DNA from: Hormiphora californensis
Lineage: Eukaryota > Animalia > Ctenophora
Reading direction: 5' to 3'
NCBI GenBank assembly: GCA_020137815.1
Contig: CM035362.1
Coordinates: 4,216,001 to 4,280,000 of the forward strand
DNA: 64,000 bases
The notes beneath the pieces were generated by a model. It ran no database searches. It had not been told where the DNA came from and worked only from the letters and a program-made list of their open reading frames with translations. Of this stretch, positions 13,218 to 25,685 are shown in pieces. The position numbers and the translations under genes are program-made. Every line of letters begins with the position of its first letter. The first letter of the stretch is position 1.

Positions 13218-16200
13218 TTAAAGGGAGTTACGGGCGCATACAATGCACCTACTGACTCCCTGGTCTAGGATGTCATTGAGGCCGCTGTACACATTTCCCA
13301 TTCCCCACATGCCCGGTTGGTTGGTCTCCTGGTTCTGGGCGAGCCAGTAATCCAGGTTGTTGATGTAGTAGGAACAGGTTCCTCGTCCCAGACACTCAAT
13401 GAAGGTGGGCAGGAAGAAGTTCTCCAGACAGGATCCGGCACTGCTCAGATCTTGGCCACCTCCAGATGTAGAGGATGATGTGACCTGTAGGAGAGAGGGT
13501 GGATTAGAATTTCAGGATAGTGCAAATCCTTTGAGGTTTTGATTTTTCATGGTTTTTCGATAATAATTAACGTACCATGACGTAAGAGTAACCAGTCCAG
13601 ATTTCGCTAAAGTCAGTGGGGCAATCAGGGGCGACGGCCTTGAAGGAATGTCGGGCAATGATGTACTTGGTTCCCATGCACACTCGGCACCTGTTTGAAA
13701 TTGGAATTGGTTGGCGGGATGGGAAGGTGGGATCAACGTTATAGCTTGAGATATGTGGTAGATCAATGTAAGGAGTGTGAACAAGTCCGATCTAAATGTA
13801 AGGAGTGTGAACTAGTCTTATCTAAATGTAAGGATTGTGAACTAGTTTGTTCTGAATGTAAGGAGTGTGAACTAGTCTGATCTAAATGTAAGGAGTGTGA
13901 ACTAGTCCGATCTAAATGTAAGGAGTCTGATCTAAATGTAAGGAGTGTGAACTAGTCCGATCTAAATGTAAGGAGTGTGAACTGTCTGATCTAAATGTAA
14001 GGATTGTGAATTAGTCCGTTCTAAATGTAAGGAGTGTGAACTGTCTGATCTAAATGTAAGGAGTGTGAACTAATTTCATCAATTACCTGGAGATATGTGG
14101 CAGAATTTCATCAATGTTGTTCATGGGCTTGCTGGAGAAGTCAGCCTCCTGGTTGGTTCCCAGCCAGAAGCTCTTATCAGTCCTCACACCGTGTCGGCAA
14201 ACATCAGATGCGGAACACTGCATGAAGGGTAGAAGCTGGAAGTCCTCGAGACAAGAACCAGCATCACCAAGATCTTGAGAGAGTCCGTAGCCGTTACCCT
14301 CGAAGAATACCAAAGAGTAACCAGACCAGAGAGAGGTGAATTCAGCGGGGCAGTCGGGGGTACGGTCAGACTGGGAGTGTCGGGTGACAACATGAGTGTC
14401 ACAGTTACAGGGAGAGTAGTCATCAATGTTACATTTTCCATCGTTTCCTTTGTCTCCCTTCTCACCGCTAATTCCCTTGTCTCCCTTTTGGCCCTTGATC
14501 CCAGCGAGACCTTTCTGGCCGGAGGCTCCCTTAACTCCCTTGGCTCCATCGTTACCATCTCTACCAGGTGCACCTCGTTCTCCCTTGGGTCCCATCTCTC
14601 CCTTAGCTCCATCAATTCCGGGAAGGCCATCAGATCCAGGAGCACCATCATTTCCAGGAGCACCATCATTTCCAGGAGCACCATTTCGACCATCAGCACC
14701 ATCAGCACCCTTTTCACCGTCAAATCCAGGTAGACCGGCTTCTCCCTTCTCTCCCTTCTCTCCCCAGTTGTTTTCGGTGACAACTTCAGTGATGATTTCC
14801 GTCCAGATATCCCAAGCGGGGTCCTCAGGAGTGACGGGGGGATCAACCAATTTACCATCAACACCGGGGATTCCAACAAGACCTTCCTCTCCCTTTTGTC
14901 CCTGGGGACCTCGTTCTCCCTTGGCTCCATCGTTACCATTTCGACCGGGTTCTCCCTGAGGTCCATCATTTCCGGGGGCTCCGGGTTCTCCTTGAGGTCC
15001 AACGGGGCCAGTATCTCCCTTAGCTCCATCATTTCCGGGGGCTCCGGGGGCTCCAGGGGCCCCATCATCTCCTGGGTTTCCGTCCCTTCCATCGTTACCA
15101 GGTTCTCCCTTAGCTCCATCGAGTCCAGGAAGTCCGTTGGCTCCTGGAGCACCCTGAATACCAACACCAGGTTCTCCTTGAGCACCTTCAGCACCGGGGG
15201 AACCATCACGACCATCAGCACCGGGGGCACCATCAGCACCATCAGCACCGGGTTCTCCCTTGTTTCCAACTGCTCCAGTCATACCCCTAGGTCCAGTATC
15301 TCCAGCTTCTCCCTTGTCTCCCTGGGGTCCAGTATCTCCCTGGGGTCCAGGTTCTCCCTGGGGTCCAGTATCTCCCTTTTCTCCATCATAACCAGGTTGT
15401 CCCTGAAATAAAGCGGGGGGTTATTATCTACAATTCACCCAAGGTAATTTTACAAAATCTCAAATAAAAAGAAGACTTTAGAAGGCTTGTGGTATAATAC
15501 CGGTTCATAAGGACAGTCCACTTGAGTGACGATGTAATCTGCTCCTTTTTCTCCCTGTTCACCATCAAGTCCTCCAGGTCCAGCAAGGCCAGGTTCTCCC
15601 ACGGGTCCTATAATAATAATAATAATAATATTATTAACTATGTTTGTACTCCGCCCATGATATCCGACAGGGACAGAACAGTAGAACTGTTGCTGTCACT
15701 GAAGGATGATCTGAACGGTTAACGTACTTGAAAAAGACCTGCCGACTAATCCTATCTTATTGATTGGTCAATTGATTTAAATACTTTTGATTAATTTTTT
15801 GACAATGTGTTGAAGGAGTAGTAGAGATAAAGATTAAAAAAATCAAAACTTACCCTGAGGTCCAGTATCTCCCTGAGGTCCGGTGTCTCCCTGGGGTCCA
15901 GCATCTCCCTTGGGTCCCTGAGGTCCCTGAGCTCCTCGTTCTCCTACAGTTCCGGGAAGTCCATCACCACCAGGGGCTCCCATATCTCCCTTGGCACCAG
16001 TTGGGCCTTGGTCTCCTTGGGGTCCCATAGGACCATCAGCACCATCAGCACCGTCATCACCGGGAGCACCATCTCGACCGTCATTACCAGGTGCACCTGT
16101 ATCACCTTGGGGACCATCATCGCCATTAGCACCAGGAGAACCGGTAGCACCTCGAGGTCCAGTATCTCCCTTCTCTCCCTGGGGTCCAACTTGTCCTAGG

Positions 16201-16962
16201 CCAGGCTCTCCCTTAGGTCCAGCAGGACCTTCATCTCCAGGAACTCCTGCAATTCCTTCGTCTCCGGGAACTCCCTTGAGACCAGGTCCTCCGGGAATTC
16301 CGGGGGAACCAGTGTCTCCCTGGGGTCCAGCGGGGCCAGTATCTCCTGTTGGAAATTGGATTTCGTCGGTCAGTCATCATGGAAAATGGATGTATGATAT
16401 TTTGGGACGACATTGAGCTATGAAATGTGAGAGTTTGGAACTTACCCTTAGCACCAGTATCTCCAACGGGACCACGGGCACCGTCAGCACCGTCAGCACC
16501 AGGTTCTCCGTCAGCACCAGCAGGTCCAGTATCTCCCTGAGCGCCGGTTCTGCCCTGGGGTCCAGCATCTCCTTTCTCGCCATCCAAACCATCCATACCA
16601 GGTTCACCTAAAGTACAAAATATAGCAACCAAGATTTGATATCGGCGTTATACCTTTTTGTCAACTGCTGATTTTTCCTTCCAGTCGAAGAACTCGTCAT
16701 TTTACTCACCCTGAGGTCCTGCGGGTCCAGTATCTCCCTGAGGTCCTTGTTCTCCCTTAGGTCCTTCTTCTCCATCGTCTCCGTCGGCTCCAGGGTATCC
16801 GTCAGCACCAGCAGGTCCGGTGTCTCCCTTAGCTCCCTGAGGTCCGCTGGGTCCGGTATCTCCCTGAGGACCAGCGGCACCAGGTTCTCCATCAACGCCA
16901 TCGGCTCCATCGGCTCCATCAAGACCATCAGCACCGGGTGATCCGGGAGCTCCTCGAGATCC
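13218..16962 (-). CDS. COL4A-like: Collagen IV gene B 3' module B2 (helix plus NC1 split by two introns); isoform about 1886 aa
   Basis: Exons 16962-16710, 16607-16446, 16345-15854, 15607-15501, 15402-14087, 13690-13576, 13484-13218 (2712 nt). Starts ttccag|GGA TCT CGA in phase 0. NC1 ends ..[13 protein letters not shown]. No start or signal exon recognisable in the about 560 bp after the B1 stop. Confidence 0.88.
13765..14072. repeat. About 29-bp intronic minisatellite in the B2 NC1 intron
   Basis: tctaaatgtaaggagtgtgaactagtc repeated about 11 times. Confidence 0.9.
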
Positions 16963-17529
16963 CTGGAAACATCTTTAGTCAAAATCACAGAAGCACTTTC
17001 AGCTCTCACTTTATCTCACTTTTCACTCACCAATTAAATTTAGGATTTACTAATTTTAGAATTCATAATGATTTCAATTTTCCCAACCCCAACTGCCGAG
17101 ACACAGAGATTACGAAATGAGTTGTAAAACCGAATGGGGTGTTCATAATACATTATGATAAAAAAGAGAGAGGAAGTAAAAGTATAACTTCCAAAACGTA
17201 CTCAAATTCTCAATAACATTCCACAAATAAATAATCATCACTTTCTCTCGAGCTCTATCCAGAATTGACATCAACAATATAATTCAAATATACATTTTCC
17301 CAGTACCCAACTCCCCGCGGTACCAGCGACTATTTACATCATGAGTAAACTGTTAAATATCTACATGTCCCTTATTTACAGAGTCCTAAAACCTCTACAG
17401 TCCTCCTGTAAATTAGTGATGAAGTGTCCTAAGAGAACCTCTTTTTTGGCGGGGATGTTTCCCTAAAAGAACCTCTTTTTGGCGGGAATATTTCCCTAAA
17501 AGAACCTTCTCTTTGGCGGGAATATTTCC

Positions 17530-20304
17530 CTAAAAGAACCTCTTTTTGGCGGGAAGTTTCTTCCCGCACACCGAGCACCTCGAAAGACCCTCATTCTGGA
17601 TCTGGTCGAGGCCGTTGTAGATGTTGCCCATGCCGAACATTCCTGGAACGGGATCTTTCTTGGCTGCCAGCCAGTAATCCAGGTTGTTAACATAGTATGA
17701 GCACATACCCCGACCTACACACTCGATGAACGAGGGAAGGAAGAAGTTCTCCATGCAGGATCCGATTCCACCTAGGTCCTGGCCACCACCAACACCACCA
17801 CCACCACTCACCATGAGATACGAGTACCCCGCCCAGAGCCGCTCGAAGTTCTGGGGACAGTCGGGGATGTCATTGCTGTAGCTGTGTCTAGCCATCATGA
17901 ACTGGACACCACTACACACCACACACCGGGAGATGTAGGGGAGAATATCGTCCTCGGTTTTCAGGGGTGCCATGGCCTTGATATCATCTTGTCCATTGGT
18001 AGTCAACCAGAAGGATTTATCCGTCCGCTGTCCATGCTGACAGACGTTCCTAGATCCACACTGTAGGAATGGCATGACCTGGAATTCCTCCATACAGCTG
18101 CCACTGCCGCCCAAATCTTGAGCGAGTCCATACCCCTGGGACTCAAAGTAGACGAGGGAGTACCCGCTGTACAGCTCTACCCAGTGAGGGGGACAGCTGG
18201 GCACTCGGTCGGTCTGGGAGTGTCGGGCGATAACGTGGGTGTCACAACTGCACGGCCAATCAGCCGTGTTTCCACAGTCACCACACTTTCCGTCATCCCC
18301 GGGTTTTCCGTTTTGGCCGGAGTCTCCCTTTTGGCCCTTGATACCCTGATTTCCTGAGGTTCCAGGAACACCCTTCATGCCGGGAAGTCCAGTTAGACCG
18401 GGGTTACCCTTGGGTCCGATTGGTCCTGCGGGACCCCGTTCTCCCTTCTGTCCTCCTTCACCTGCTCCCCTTCCAATATCATCAGTGGGATCCTCGTCTC
18501 CTTCATTTCCAGCCTGAGAGAGTATTAATTAGTTAATTAGCATGCATGTAGTTAGTTAATTAGTTTTAATTAATCATTAGTCATGTTTGTTGAATATATT
18601 TCTCCTTACATTTCCATCACATGGACAGACACCAGGCTCTCCCTTCTCTCCTAGATCTCCTTTGGGACCATATTCGCCCTTGTACCCCATTGGACCTCGA
18701 TCACCAGTGTCGCCCTTCACACCCTGTTTGGTTATTGGGGTTTAAACATGGAGAAATACACATTATGGAAGGAGGATATGAGAAAACTGGAGAGAGGGGT
18801 AGTGAGAGAGAGAGAGAGAGAGTGTGAGAGAGAAAGAGAGTGAGGGAGAGATAGATAGAGATAGAGAAAACAGAGTTCTAAAATCACTTACCTTTCCTCC
18901 ACTAACACCGGGCATTCCAGCAGGTCCTTGAGATCCAGGGAGTCCAGGGTTTCCAGAGGGTCCGACCCGTCCATCCTGTCCGTTCCTACCAGCCTCACCC
19001 TTGGGTCCAGCCTCACCAGCACGGCCCTTGTTACCAGGGGTTCCAGGAAGACCTTGTCGTCCAACACCAGGCTCACCAGCTTCTCCCTTCTCTCCGTCCC
19101 GACCTGCCGTTCCTCTCTCTCCCTTGCCTCCAGCCAGTCCAGGAAGTCCTGCCTTTCCTTCGGGTCCTTCTGGTCCCATGTCACCCTGGGGTCCCTGGGG
19201 TCCCCGGGCACCATCTTGTCCGGCTTGTCCAGCTTCTCCAGTGGTACCTCGGATACCAGGTCGACCTGACTCACCGGGCTCACCCTTGATTCCCTGGGCT
19301 CCAGGGGGTCCAATGACACCAGCATCACTTGACCCACCGGGCGATCCTCTCTCTCCCTTGGTTCCCTTCAGTCCTTGGGTTCCGGGGAATCCCGGGACTC
19401 CAGCGTCTCCCTTAGGTCCCATTTTACCAGGCTGTCCTACTCCGGTTGCTCCTTCAGGTCCAGGGCTACCAGCAGCACCACTTGCTCCCCTAGGCCCGGG
19501 TTGTCCAGGTTGTCCATCTTTTCCGTCCTTTCCATCAGCTCCGGGATCACCAGTGTATCCTCGTGGTCCCTGACTTCCACTGACTCCCTTTGCTCCGGGG
19601 ACACCTGGGAAACCAGGATCACCTTTCATACCAAGATCACCAGGGTTGCCCTTGGCACCCGGGACTCCGGGGTTGCCATCGCGACCATTAGCACCAGCAG
19701 CTCCCTCTCCGCCAGGCACACCAGGTTGTCCTGGGGGTCCAGTAATACTTTGTCCGGGTTGTCCGGGATCTCCGTCATTTCCTCGTCCACCCTTCTGTCC
19801 TGGCATGCCCGACTGTCCAGGAACTCCCTTTTGTCCGGGGACACCGGGTATACCCTGAGATCCAACACTACCCGGTTCTCCGTCCGTACCGGGTTCACCG
19901 GGTGTTCCGTTTTGCCCGTTAAGCCCATTTGCGCCCCTTGGTCCAGATTCTCCCTTTTGTCCCTGGGGTCCAGTTCGTCCCGGCGTTCCTGTGTTTCCCT
20001 TAGCTCCGGCGGCTCCGTCTTGACCATCAAGTCCAGGTAGACCAGGCTTTCCGGGCTCACCACCATAACCCTTAGCTCCGGGAATTCCAGTCAAACCGGG
20101 TTCTCCCTTAGTTCCGGGAAGTCCATTTCGTCCGGGGACACCCTGGATACCTGGACCACCCTGAGATCCAGTATCACCTTTGACACCCGCCGCGCCATCT
20201 CTTCCATCCTTTCCGGGTTCTCCCTTGGTTCCTTGTTCGCCGGGGGGTCCGGCAATGAACACCTCATTGCCTTTGTAGCTACTTCCAGCAGTTCCTTTGG
20301 GGCC
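17530..20304 (-). CDS. COL4A-like: Collagen IV gene B 3' module B1 (Lys/Arg/Gln-rich helix plus intronless NC1); isoform about 1819 aa
   Basis: Exons 20304-18892, 18723-18610, 18513-17530 (2511 nt). Starts ccccag|GGC CCC AAA in phase 0. Full two-C4 NC1 ending ..SRCSVCGKKLPAKKRFF*. No signal peptide of its own. Confidence 0.88.
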
Positions 20305-20401
20305 CTGGGGCAGGAGAGGTGAGGGGGTGCAGCAGGAACACTCGGGGGCTGTCAATTTAAATCCCAACACTTCACAAACACAAAACGCAAAAACAAAACA
20401 T

Positions 20402-20405
<4 letters not shown>

Positions 20406-20491
<86 letters not shown>

Positions 20492-20536
20492 AAGAGAGAG
20501 AACGAGAGAGAAGAGAGAAGAGAGAGGAGAGAGAGA

Positions 20537-20628
<92 letters not shown>

Positions 20629-20634
20629 GAGAGA
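20406..20634. repeat. (GA)n microsatellite in the intron between the shared half and module B1
   Basis: Direct reading. Confidence 0.95.
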
Positions 20635-20969
20635 AAACAGCAAACCATTTCACATAATTTCAGCCGACGTCGGTGGTATCAATTGGCGTATCAGAGAGCA
20701 ACGGAAACAAAACTCTGCTACAATTCACAAGTGTGCTTATTCCAGACGTATCAGCTTGGTTCTATTCGGTCTGAGTAATAACATGAGGGTGAAGTTGAAC
20801 GGCAGCGAAACTTATCAACTAATTTCGGTTTCGTTACTACCAAATTTCAGTTTTAAGTTAAACCTATCATTTTGGTAATAGTTCAATTCTCTCACACACA
20901 AACACACACGCACACACTTTCTCACTCCCACAATTACACACTGATGAATTACAGCATCTTTCAACTTAC

Positions 20970-23900
20970 AATGTCTCCTTTTTCTCCCTGAATGCTAGCT
21001 CCAGGTTCTCCCTTGGCGCCGGTAGCACCCTGGGGTCCCTCAGGTCCAGTGGGTCCCTCAGGTCCCTGTTGTCCAGGAGGTCCCTGTTCTCCCTCAGCTC
21101 CATCAGCTCCATCGTTACCATCAGCACCAGGCTCTCCCTTGACACCTGAGAGAGAGAAGAAAAGCTATAATATATTGAAACTTAATTCAAGGTCTGGGAT
21201 TTTAACAATGTAGAATTTAATTATAATTAATTAATTTAATTATCAATTTAATGATAAAGTCAAGATATTTACCCTTGACTCCAGAAACTCCAGGTAGACC
21301 GGGGGCTCCAGGTCGGCCAGTAGCGCCACCATCTCCAGTATCTCCCTTAGCTCCATCAAATCCGGGTTCTCCCTTGGCTCCCTGAGGTCCTCGGTTTCCA
21401 GGCTCGCCAGGTTGGCCATCAACTCCGGGGGTTCCGTCGGTTCCGGGGGTTCCATTGGCTCCATCCTGTCCGGGTTGTCCATCATTTCCATTATCTCCAG
21501 CGGGTCCGGTGTTTCCGGTAGGTCCCATTGGGCCAGCGTCACCCTTCTCTCCCTCGGGTCCAGTGGCACCCTTTAGTCCGGGGTTTCCAGGAAGACCATC
21601 AGCTCCATTAGATCCGGGAGTTCCTGCGGGTCCAGTAGGTCCCTGAGGTCCAGTAGCTCCCTTATCTCCTTGCGCACCGGGACGACCGTCAGCACCATCA
21701 GCACCATCATTTCCAGGGGTACCATCAGCACCCATATCTCCCTTAGCTCCAGTAGGTCCCATAGGTCCAGTAGATCCCTTGGCTCCTTGATCTCCATCAG
21801 CACCATCAGCACCATCGACACCATCAGCACCATCATAACCAGGGGCTCCCATAGGTCCAGCTTCTCCCTTTCCTCCCTTTGCTCCAGGAACTCCAGGAAG
21901 TCCAGGGGCACCGTCATCTCCGGGTTCGCCTTGAGGTCCCATAGGACCAGTGGATCCCTTAGCTCCATCAGCACCATCAGCACCGGGAGCGCCGTCAGCA
22001 CCATCAAATCCATCGGCACCAGGGGCACCATCAGCGCCATCAGCACCCATATCTCCCTTGGGTCCAGCAGGACCTCGGGCGCCCTTAGCTCCAGAAGTTC
22101 CGGGAAGTCCATCAAGTCCAGGCTCTCCAGTAGCTCCGGTATCTCCCTGAGGTCCAGTATCTCCCTTGGCTCCATCAGCACCATCGGCACCGGGTAGTCC
22201 ATCAAGACCATCCTTTCCGTCGGCTCCTTGAGGACCCCTGTCGCCAGTAGCTCCATCAGCTCCGGGGTTTCCGTCACTTCCGGGGGCACCATCAGATCCA
22301 TCAGATCCATCACTTCCGGGGGTACCAGCGGCACCAGTGTCACCTTTGGGTCCAGTGGGTCCCTGGGGTCCAGCGTCTCCCTTAACTCCCTTGAATCCAG
22401 AGGGACCGGGAAGTCCAGGAATACCCTGATCTCCCTTGATGGAATCACCATCAGCACCGGGATATCCATCAGCACCGGGTTGTCCATCAGCACCAGCATC
22501 TCCCTTCTCTCCAGTGGCTCCAGTGATCGATCTTCCTGGTTCTCCCGTGGGTCCCTGGTCACCAGGGGCACCATCAGCACCATCATTACCGGGCTCTCCT
22601 GTAAGTAGTGAAATGGTTAATAAATCAAACAGTTTATGGGGTAAAATAGGGATTTATTCAAAAATATATAGAAAACAAACCTTGGGGTCCAGTAGGTCCC
22701 ATGGGTCCAGTGTCTCCCTGAGCTCCCTTAGCTCCGGTGATACCAGGTAGACCGGGGGCACCGCCATCTCCCTTCTCTCCCTGAGGTCCGTCAGCTCCGG
22801 GAACTCCATTAGCTCCGTCAGCTCCATCAGCTCCAACATCCCCAGTGTTTCCTTTGGGTCCAGTAGGTCCAGTGTCTCCCTTGGCACCTAAAATCATCGT
22901 TGTGTCATAATTTCAAAACAATTGTCATCTAGGGAGGTAGCCCGGTAATATCTATCAAAAAATAAATATGATAATTATGTTAATTATGTAATTTCTTACC
23001 GGTAGGTCCTTGTCGTCCGGGTTCTCCAGTCTCTCCCTTGACCTCAGCGGTTAAGTCATCACCGGGCTCTCCCTTCGGACCCGCCAACCCAGGCTCCCCG
23101 TTAACTCCATCATTACCATTCCTTCCATCTCGTCCAGGTGCACCCATATCTCCAGTGGCGCCCTTAGCTCCGGGGGTTCCAGGCAGACCAACATCTCCCT
23201 GAGGTCCGGTAGGTCCACGTTCTCCTTCGGGTCCCTCAGGTCCGACAGGTCCGGCATCTCCAGGAACACCATCAGCTCCATCAGCTCCGGGAGAACCCAT
23301 ATCTCCAGTAACTCCCTTCAGTCCAGCGGTTCCAGGCATACCCATTTCTCCCTTAGCTCCCTTGGCACCATCAGCACCATCAACACCATCATCTCCGGGG
23401 ATTCCAATACCGGGGGCACCCTGATCTCCTCGCTCTCCCTTGGCTCCCTGATCTCCATCGAGTCCGGGGAATCCATCGGTTCCGGGTACACCTGGTGCTC
23501 CATCGGGTCCGGGTTCTCCAGTTCGTCCAGTGGGTCCCTGGGGTCCGACGTCACCGGTGGCTCCCTTAGCTCCGGGGATTCCGGGAAGACCGTTAGCTCC
23601 GTCAGCACCATCAGCACCATCATCACCTTGGGCACCCTGGGAAAATGTTCAACTTTAGACACACGCGGAACACAAAGTTGGTAATTACAAAATGTCAGTT
23701 ACAATAACTGAAATTTTGCAATAACTGACCGTTATATTGTCAATTATAGGTGGACTTGGAACACACATACCTTAGCGCCAGCAGGTCCAGGTAGACCATC
23801 AGCACCGGGAATACCAGGCTCTCCCTTGGATCCATCATCAACAATTCCGGGGGGACCTTGGTCTCCCTTGGCTCCGGGACCTCCGGGGACTCCATCTTGT

Positions 23901-24719
23901 CCGGGTTCTCCCTGGGGTCCAGTTCGACCGGGCTCTCCCTTCATTCCATCAACACCATCGGTACCGTTGCAACCATCAATACCGGGTAGACCGTCAGCGC
24001 CATGTCGGCCGTCTACTCCGTTAATTCCGGGAGGTCCAGGGGGTCCGGTGGAACCGGGCTCTCCTCGATATCCCTTCACTCCAGCAAGACCGGGCATACC
24101 AATGTCTCCCTTGGCTCCGGGCGGGCCGGGGTCTCCTTGGATACCGGGGGAACCAGATTCTCCCTGAGGTCCTTGGGGTCCCTGAGGTCCCTGGACTCCA
24201 GGAGGTCCTTGTCGTCCTGAAATTTGGGAATAATTTAGAAATTTCCGTAAACAACAGAAAGCCTGACACGGAATAACTAAGGGTACCAAATCAATAGCCA
24301 TAGTTACCAATTCAGTTACCATGGTTACCAATTCAGTTACCATGGTTACCATGGTTACCAATAACATACCTTTCACGAAGTTGGTAGGTCGTGAGCAACA
24401 TCCAGCGGGATCAGCCTCGGGATCAGCTTCGGCATCAGCATCAGCCTCGGCGTCGGCCCTGGAAACGGTGTAAATTTTTAATTGGGGATATTTTAAGAAA
24501 ACAACGATTTAATTTTTTAGTAGCAGTGCTAGTTTAGAACTGCTACTAAATTTTAGTACTATTAAAATTCAATCAAGCTTAATTTGGATTAATCCTGTTG
24601 AAATTTAAGCTCGATCCTAACATTTAATTACCTAATTAATTAATTAATTACCTAATTACGGTGGCACAGAAAGTCAGGTAAAGGAGCACAACCCCTAAAA
24701 ATGTTCTGGAACGAGTCAT
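20970..24719 (-). CDS. COL4A-like: Type IV collagen gene B, shared 5' half (signal peptide, propeptide, 7S, first part of helix; 983 aa)
   Basis: [51 protein letters not shown] motif, Gly-X-Y. Exons 24719-24652, 24458-24370, 24216-23771, 23636-23000, 22887-22681, 22598-21273, 21145-20970 (2949 nt; ends GGA GAC ATT|gtaagt, phase 0). Confidence 0.9.
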
Positions 24720-25605
24720 GTTTCCACACGCGTGTTGTTTCGTTCAAACTATCTCAGCTCTTTTTCATTCAGCACTATAAAAAAGGGAAGAGTGGGGGGT
24801 TAGTACAACAATTACACTGTGCGTTAGCTACTACTATAAAACTTGGAGGTAAAATCCTCTAGGGCAAAATGGAAAGGCGAGAATGAGGAATTTAAAGCAC
24901 AAATCCTGCAACAAAGGCCGCCTATAGTTGTTATAAATGCAATAGTAATATCCTTTATCCCTCCGTCTCCAAGCCGGTATCCATGCCCTCTAATAATAAT
25001 ACAGGAGATGATTTGCAGCAGACTTTGCATATCACTAAAAATTAATAAACGATCCCACCCTAGTCACAACTCCAGGGAGACTGGTACGAATGGGGGGGGG
25101 GGGGGGGGGGAAGGGGGAAGGGCTCCGTGTGATCCTCCATAAAACTCACACTTGCTGCTCCCCTACGAGGATTCTGATCGAATTATTATCCGTGATTTAT
25201 GCAAACAGAGCTGCTGCATCTCTCCGGGGGAGGGAGAGAGAGAGAGAAGAAGGGAGAGGGAGTGTGACTTGGAGAGAGAAAATGTGATGGGCTCAGTGAT
25301 ACATCTAAATTGTACTGAAATCCAGTTACGACAGGGAGAGTGCAATTCTAGCTCCCTTTCTCTCTCTTATTCTCTTTCTATTTCTCTCTCTCCCTCCCTC
25401 TCTCACTCCCTCCCTCCCTCTCTCTCTCCCTCTCCCTCCCTCTCTCTCCCCCTCTCTCTCTCTCTCTTGGTTGGACCTAAAGCTCAATAGAAAGATAATA
25501 TAGAAATAGAAAGAGAGAAAAAAAGGGTCCATAGCTCCTGCACAAACTGCAATGATCATATTAATATGATCATCATTAATCCAGTCACCTATCGTTCTCT
25601 CTCTC

Positions 25606-25685
<80 letters not shown>

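Noticed and set aside
20297-20878. ER/SL dipeptide ORFs, and a possible signal peptide for module B1 in ORF 18763-20643
   Set aside because: (GA)n microsatellite translation; a clean acceptor at 20304 explains the collagen start.
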